DNA of 64,000 nucleotides from Candidatus Limnocylindrales bacterium (GTDB taxonomy: Bacteria; Chloroflexota; Limnocylindria; Limnocylindrales; CSP1-4). Position numbers and translations under genes: made by a program. Positions 58,008 to 64,000 of the stretch are shown in pieces. How positions within the stretch are numbered: the stretch's first letter is position 1; each line of letters begins with the position of its first letter. Under the pieces are notes generated by a model. It did no database searches, had not been told where the DNA came from, and saw nothing but the letters and a program-made list of their open reading frames with translations. The stretch covers positions 178 to 64,177 of the forward strand of contig DATCPH010000015.1 of NCBI GenBank assembly GCA_036570185.1. Reading direction: 5' to 3'.

Positions 58008-59690
58008 ATGGCCGCCCGCCGCTTCTACATCACGACCGCGATCGCTTATGCGAACAGCCGGCCGGGGCTGCACACGCTGTATGAGGTGATCGGGGCCGAC
58101 GCGATTGCCCGCTGGCACCGGATGCGCGGCCACGACACGTTCTTCCTGACCGGCACCGACGAGTACTCGGTCAACATCGCGATGACGGCCGAGGAACAGG
58201 GCAAGACGCCCAAGGCGTTCGTCGACGAGATGGTCGACCTCTTCAAGCGCGCCGAGGACGCCCTCCTGATCTCACCCGACCGATTCATCCGGACGACCGA
58301 CCCCGACCACACCGAGGCCGTCCACGAGATGATCCGGCGGGCATACGCCAACGGCGACCTGTACGTCGGGACCTACGAGGGCTGGTACTGCCCGAACGAA
58401 GGATTCAAGGCCCCGAGCGACCTCATCGAGGACGCCCGAGGCTTCCACTGCCCCAACCACCCCGACGCCATGCTGCAGTGGCTGACCGAGCGCAACTGGT
58501 TCTTCCGTCTCTCCGCGTACCAGGAAAAGCTCGAGCTCTACTACGCGGACCATCCGGACTGGGTCCAGCCGGACTACCGCCGCAACGAGATGCTTGGGTT
58601 CATCCGCCAGGGTCTGGAGGACTTCTCGGTCAGCCGCGAAATGGCGCCGTGGGGCATGCCCTTCCCGATCCTGGAGAACGGCGAGTCGGCTCAGCGCGCG
58701 GACGGCACGTGGGACCCGGCGGCCGGCACCGTCTATGTCTGGTTCGACGCCCTCACGAACTACATCACGGGCGTCGGATTCCCGGGCGACATGCCGCGCT
58801 TCGAGCAGTACTGGCCCGTCGACGTCCACGTGATCGGCAAGGACATCAACCGTCTCCACACGGTGATGTGGCCAGCGATGCTGATGAGCGCCGGCCTGGA
58901 GTTGCCGCGCCTCGTCTGGGTTCACGGCTGGCTCCTCGTTCAGGGTGAGCGGATGAGCAAGAGCCGGGGGAACTTTCTCGATCCGGTCAACGTGGCCAAG
59001 GTCTTCGGGGCCGACGGCGCGCGCTACGTGACGCTGCGCGAGGTTGCGTTCGACCGCGACACGGACGTCAGCTGGGATTCCTTCGTGCGGCGCTTCAACG
59101 CCGACCTCGCCAACGACTTCGGCAACCTCGTGAACCGCACCGTGACCATGGCCGCGCGCTACCTCGATGGCGACCGGCCGTCACCGCGGCCGGACAGCCC
59201 GTTGCGCTCGCGCTGGGAGGCGGGGCTGGCGGGCTATCGCGAGCGCTTCGATGCGTATCTCCTCCACGACGCACTGGCGGCGCTCTGGGCGTTCGTCGGG
59301 GACGCCAACCGGCTGGTCGACGCCGAGCAGCCGTGGGTGATTGCTAAGGCTGCCCGGGCCGGCGAAGCCGATGCCGAAGCGGCGGAGGCCGCGGAGGTTC
59401 GGCTGCGCGGCGTTCTCGGCGATCTCATCGAGGCCTGCCGCCTCGTTGGCCTTGCGGCGGCACCGTTCCTGCCATCGACCGCCCCGCGCGTGCTTGGGCA
59501 GCTCGGCTACGAGTATCCCTATTCGGAGGACGGCAACGGGGGCCCGCCGCTGGATGGTGAACTGGCATGGGGCGCGCACGCCGGCGCGGCAGGACGGGTC
59601 GGTGCGCCGGAGCCCCTGTTCCCGCGGCTGGAGGGCGAACCTGTCGATTCGGGGGATGGGTTGATCGTTAATCCAGATGGGCGACGATGA
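58008..59690 (+). CDS. metG: Methionyl-tRNA synthetase (short form) with degenerate HIGH motif
   Basis: ATG at 58008. FYITTAIAYANSRPGLHTLYEVIGADAIARWHRMRGHDTFFLTGTDE, VWFDAL, WPAML, and GERMSKSRGNF (KMSKS). The listed 57468 start overlaps the MFS gene. Confidence 0.9.
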   Translation: MAARRFYITTAIAYANSRPGLHTLYEVIGADAIARWHRMRGHDTFFLTGTDEYSVNIAMTAEEQGKTPKAFVDEMVDLFKRAEDALLISPDRFIRTTDPDHTEAVHEMIRRAYANGDLYVGTYEGWYCPNEGFKAPSDLIEDARGFHCPNHPDAMLQWLTERNWFFRLSAYQEKLELYYADHPDWVQPDYRRNEMLGFIRQGLEDFSVSREMAPWGMPFPILENGESAQRADGTWDPAAGTVYVWFDALTNYITGVGFPGDMPRFEQYWPVDVHVIGKDINRLHTVMWPAMLMSAGLELPRLVWVHGWLLVQGERMSKSRGNFLDPVNVAKVFGADGARYVTLREVAFDRDTDVSWDSFVRRFNADLANDFGNLVNRTVTMAARYLDGDRPSPRPDSPLRSRWEAGLAGYRERFDAYLLHDALAALWAFVGDANRLVDAEQPWVIAKAARAGEADAEAAEAAEVRLRGVLGDLIEACRLVGLAAAPFLPSTAPRVLGQLGYEYPYSEDGNGGPPLDGELAWGAHAGAAGRVGAPEPLFPRLEGEPVDSGDGLIVNPDGRR

Positions 59691-59731
59691 CCAGCGGACC
59701 GCTGACCGCCCCAGCATCGGAGGACTGATCC

Positions 59732-60085
59732 ATGGCACGAGGAAGCATCAGCCACATCGAGTTCCCGGCCATCGACGTCGAGCGCGCGAAGAAGTTCTAC
59801 GCCGCGATCGCCGGCTGGGAGTTCAGCGACTACGGCGGTGGCTACTGGGTCTTCCGGACCGAGAAAGGTCACGGCGGCGGGCTCGGCAAGCGCGGTGAGA
59901 GCGTCGGCAGCGTGGTCCGGGTCTACATCAACGTCGAGAACCTCGAGGAAGCCGTTGCGGCAGCCGAGGCCAACGGCGGCAAAGTCGTGACCCCACCCAG
60001 CGACATCCCCGGCCAGGGCCGTTTCGCGGCCGTCACCGACACCGAGGGCAGTGAGATCGGCCTCTATGAGGTCAAGCCGGGCTGA
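59732..60085 (+). CDS. VOC-family (glyoxalase/bleomycin-resistance fold) protein
   Basis: 117 aa: ISHIEFPAIDVERAKKFYAAIAGWEF...GRFAAVTDTEGSEIGLYE is a typical single-module VOC pattern. Confidence 0.8.
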   Translation: MARGSISHIEFPAIDVERAKKFYAAIAGWEFSDYGGGYWVFRTEKGHGGGLGKRGESVGSVVRVYINVENLEEAVAAAEANGGKVVTPPSDIPGQGRFAAVTDTEGSEIGLYEVKPG

Positions 60086-60097
60086 CCTCGATCGGTG

Positions 60098-60192
60098 ACC
60101 CAGGGCTCCGTGGGCCCAGGCTCCGCGGGCCCAGGGCTCCGCGGGCACGGCTTCCGCGGGGCCGGAGGCTTCGAGGGCTGGGCTTCCGCGGG
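60098..60192. repeat. Six tandem degenerate copies of a 15-17-nt GC-rich unit
   Basis: acccagggctccgtgg, gcccaggctccgcgg, gcccagggctccgcgg, gcacggcttccgcgg, ggccggaggcttcgagg and gctgggcttccgcggg, head to tail in the 287-nt VOC/tatD intergenic region. Confidence 0.8.
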
Positions 60193-60372
60193 GCAGGGTG
60201 TGCCACCAGAGCACAATCGGGACGGATTTCGGCCGAGAACGAGGCTGACGGCGGGCCGATCCGCCGATTTGGGCTCCGACCGGGTCCTCGAGGACCCCGC
60301 TGCGTCTGGGTTGTATCGCTACGCGCACGTCGGGGCGCGGTGGCCGCCCGTTGCGTGGGTACCATCCGAAGC

Positions 60373-61200
60373 GTGCGCCTGATCGATAGCCACGCCCACC
60401 TCCAGGCGGACCGGTTCGCCGGCGACGTCGACCTTGTCGTCGGGGCGGCTCGGCTGGCCGGAGTGGAACGGATCCTGGTTCCGGGCTGGGACCCTGAATC
60501 GTGCCGCGGTGCCGTGGATCTCGTCGAGCGCTTTTCGTGGCTCGATGCGGCGGTCGGGGTCCATCCCCACGACGCGGCACGGGTCGACGAGTCGGCGTGG
60601 GCCGAGATCGTCGAGCTGGCAGCCGACGACCGCGTGGTCGCGATCGGCGAGACGGGGCTGGACTTCGACCGCGTCTTCTCGCCGATCCCCGACCAGATCG
60701 CGAACCTCCGCCGGAACCTGGAGCTCGCGCTGGTACTGGGCAAGCCAGCGATCCTGCATTGCCGATCGGCCCAAGGTCGGCGGGATGCGCAGGACGGCCT
60801 CCTTGCCGAGCTGCGGAGGGCCGGCTTCGGACACCAGGAAGCCCTGCAGCGGTTCGACGGCCGGCCCGCCGCGGTCGTCCATTCCTACTCCGGGCCGCTG
60901 GACTACGCGAGAGAAGTTCTGGACCTGGGTCTCGCGATCAGCATCTCGGGACTCGCATTCCGCGCCGGGGAAGCCGCGACGTCGGAGGTCGTCCGCCTCG
61001 TGCCCGCTGACCGCCTCCTCGTTGAGACCGACTGTCCGTTCCTGTCCCCGCCGGGGGCCCCGAGGAAGCGGAACGAGCCGGAGTGGGTCCGCATGACCGC
61101 CGCGTGGGTCGCCCAAGAGCGCGGCGAGGACGCGGATGCCTTTGGCGCGGCGCTGGTCGCCGCCTACGATCGGACCTTCCCGCGCCCGCAACGCGGATAG
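60373..61200 (+). CDS. tatD: TatD-family metal-dependent hydrolase/DNase
   Basis: The GTG at 60373 gives VRLIDSHAHL. GVHPHD, AIGETGLDF, ILHCRSA, VVHSYSG, SISG, VETDCPFLSP. Conserved position downstream of metG. Confidence 0.88.
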   Translation: MRLIDSHAHLQADRFAGDVDLVVGAARLAGVERILVPGWDPESCRGAVDLVERFSWLDAAVGVHPHDAARVDESAWAEIVELAADDRVVAIGETGLDFDRVFSPIPDQIANLRRNLELALVLGKPAILHCRSAQGRRDAQDGLLAELRRAGFGHQEALQRFDGRPAAVVHSYSGPLDYAREVLDLGLAISISGLAFRAGEAATSEVVRLVPADRLLVETDCPFLSPPGAPRKRNEPEWVRMTAAWVAQERGEDADAFGAALVAAYDRTFPRPQRG

Positions 61201-61222
61201 CGCAGCGTCGTCGCCGCGCTCG

Positions 61223-62068
61223 CTAAAGCCCCAGTGGCTCGAGGAAACCGAATACCAACGGCATCACAAGGTCGAGTCGCGAGAATTCCTCGAGATGGTC
61301 GAGATCCGGCAGGACGTGGAATTCTGCACCGAGCGCCTCGGCGGTGGCTCGGTCCGTGTCGGGTTCGTCCTTGCCGCCGACGAAGGCAAGCGTCGGCGCG
61401 GTGACGCGTCCCAGGTCGATCGAGACACCGGATCGTCCACGACCGGCAGCCATCGCGCCGAGCGCCCTCGGATCGTTGAACTCCTCGTCGTAGCGCCGGT
61501 CGTCCTCCGAGAACGTGAACCCGCCTCCGTCCCACAGTAGCCCGAAGTCACCGCGTGACATTGCCTCGGCGTAGGGAGAAGGAGGAGTGCCCGCGGACAC
61601 GTCCTTCGTGAGGTCTCCTCCGCCGCACAGGATGAGGGCGGCCACCCGATCGGGAAAGCCGGCCGCGACGGCGCCCGCGAGCCACATTCCGCGCGAGTAA
61701 CCCCACGGGCCGGCTCGGACGATGCAAGCGGCGTCCAGAACCGCGACGATGTCGGTGGCGACGTCTGGCCAACCGTACGCGTCCGGGTCATGCGGCTTGT
61801 CGCTCAGGCCGTTTCCGAGGGGATCGACACTCAGTACGCGTCGGGAGGGCGCGAGCAGGTCGACGTATCCGGCGTCCCGCCAGTCGGCAGCCGACATCGT
61901 GGCGTCGGGGATGAGCACGATTGCCGGGCCCCTCCCTGCGTCCTCGAAGCTGATCGTGTGACCGCGCGACTGGGTCGTGGTCGTGACGACAGGTGCCGCG
62001 CCCGACCGATCGGTCAGTCGGTTTCGCGGGTAGCCTCGCATCGGCGTTCGCTCACGGCTGCTCGACAT
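61223..62068 (-). CDS. Alpha/beta-fold hydrolase
   Basis: HG-like IVLIPDATMSAADW, nucleophile elbow GPWGYSRGMW (G-x-S-x-G), and C-terminal FHVLPDLDHLEEF (catalytic His context). The start is tentative (ATG at 62068 or 62041). Confidence 0.8.
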   Translation of the reverse strand: MSSSRERTPMRGYPRNRLTDRSGAAPVVTTTTQSRGHTISFEDAGRGPAIVLIPDATMSAADWRDAGYVDLLAPSRRVLSVDPLGNGLSDKPHDPDAYGWPDVATDIVAVLDAACIVRAGPWGYSRGMWLAGAVAAGFPDRVAALILCGGGDLTKDVSAGTPPSPYAEAMSRGDFGLLWDGGGFTFSEDDRRYDEEFNDPRALGAMAAGRGRSGVSIDLGRVTAPTLAFVGGKDEPDTDRATAEALGAEFHVLPDLDHLEEFSRLDLVMPLVFGFLEPLGL

Positions 62069-62162
62069 CCTGCACCCCTCGACTCCGGTGGTACCTGCGG
62101 CGCGCACCCGGATCGGAGTGCAGTCGCCCGCCTCGGACCCTCAACACTGTGCGGACCGCGCC

Positions 62163-62191
62163 TTGACATCCGGAATGGGCACCGTTATGGT
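62163..62191 (+). promoter_or_regulatory. Sigma-70/SigA-type promoter for groES-groEL
   Basis: TTGACA (62163-62168), a 17-nt spacer, then TATGGT (62186-62191). It sits immediately upstream of the CIRCE operator. Confidence 0.7.
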
Positions 62192-62194
62192 TCA

Positions 62195-62221
62195 TTAGCA
62201 CTCTCACCTGCAGAGTGCTAA
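62195..62221 (+). promoter_or_regulatory. CIRCE operator (HrcA binding site)
   Basis: TTAGCACTC-tcacctgca-GAGTGCTAA is a perfect match to the CIRCE consensus TTAGCACTC-N9-GAGTGCTAA, located upstream of groES. Confidence 0.92.
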
Positions 62222-62428
62222 GCGACAGGCTTCGGACGAGTTTCCGCTGGTGCGAAGGATCGTGAGGGCCGGTGAGGCCCGTCACCAGATCGCTCGGATC
62301 GCGACCCGTCGCGGGGCAACCAAGAGGTTACGGGACGCATTACGGGCCCGGCATCGGCCCGGCGCGCCCGATCCACATCATCGGCTCGACGGTCGGTCAC
62401 GGCCGCCGCCACCAGGAGGAATTGCACG

Positions 62429-62743
62429 TTGGCCACAGCCACAGCAACTTCGGCCAAGCTTCGGCCGCTCGGCGATCGGGTGGTCGTCAAGCCGACCGCG
62501 CGCGAGGAGATGACCAAGACCGGCATCGTCCTTCCCGACACCGCCAAGGAGAAGCCCCAGGAGGGCACGGTTCTGGCCGTTGGGCCGGGCCGAATCCTCG
62601 ACGACGGGAAGCGAGAGACGATCGACGTCAAGGCCGGCCAGAAGGTTCTCTTTGCGAAGTACGCGGGGACGGAGTTCAAGGTCGACGACGACGAGCTTCT
62701 CATCGTCAGCCAGAAGGACATCCTCGCGGTCGTCGAGGACTGA
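62429..62743 (+). CDS. groES: Co-chaperonin GroES
   Basis: TTG start at 62429 with AGGAGGA at 62414-62420. LRPLGDRVVVKP, GIVLPDTAKEKPQEGTVLAVGPG, KVLFAKYAGTE. Confidence 0.95.
   Translation: MATATATSAKLRPLGDRVVVKPTAREEMTKTGIVLPDTAKEKPQEGTVLAVGPGRILDDGKRETIDVKAGQKVLFAKYAGTEFKVDDDELLIVSQKDILAVVED

Positions 62744-64000
<1,257 letters not shown>

Noticed and set aside
60095-60382. 95-aa Gly-rich + strand ORF in the VOC/tatD spacer
   Set aside because: Its apparent G-x-x-G-P periodicity is produced by the 15-17-nt DNA tandem repeat. The unit lengths are not multiples of 3 and there is no RBS, so it is treated as non-coding.

Overview
Very GC-rich window (GC not computed; strong G/C bias at third codon positions, and long spurious antisense ORFs are common). 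I call about 55 protein-coding genes. All but three are on the + strand, they are tightly packed, and many share 4-nt start/stop overlaps (ATGA/GTGA). Content is almost entirely core housekeeping. It includes aaRS genes (aspS, alaS, metG), typA, iscS-mnmA, ruvX-mltG, pepP-efp, xseAB, tlyA-nadK-recN, xerD, scpAB-rluB, cmk(-plsC fusion), ispH, der-gpsA, a 10-gene purine supra-operon (purA-D-B-C-S-Q-L-F-M-N/H), tatD, and groES-groEL behind a perfect CIRCE operator. Several blocks match conserved Actinomycetota-type synteny as I remember it: tlyA-nadK-recN...xerD...scpA-scpB-rluB-cmk-der, alaS-ruvX-mltG, and pepQ-efp. Taxonomy cannot be established from this window alone. I saw no rRNA, tRNA, CRISPR array, IS element, prophage or obvious defence island. 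There is no clear-cut novel system, and the candidates below are offered as hypotheses. (1) An actin-fold (FtsA/PilM-like) ATPase plus a 597-aa bitopic membrane protein is wedged between alaS and ruvX-mltG. (2) A translationally coupled NTF2-like / HAL-family lyase / MFS operon, in which the lyase has Ala-Ser-Asp where the MIO-forming Ala-Ser-Gly normally sits. (3) Unusual fusions: PurN-PurH and Cmk-PlsC. (4) A MetRS with a degenerate HIGH signature. (5) A PD40-repeat membrane protein gene broken by two +1 frameshifts in homopolymers. (6) Two intergenic short tandem-repeat arrays. All functional calls rest on motif recognition by eye and none was verified by a search.
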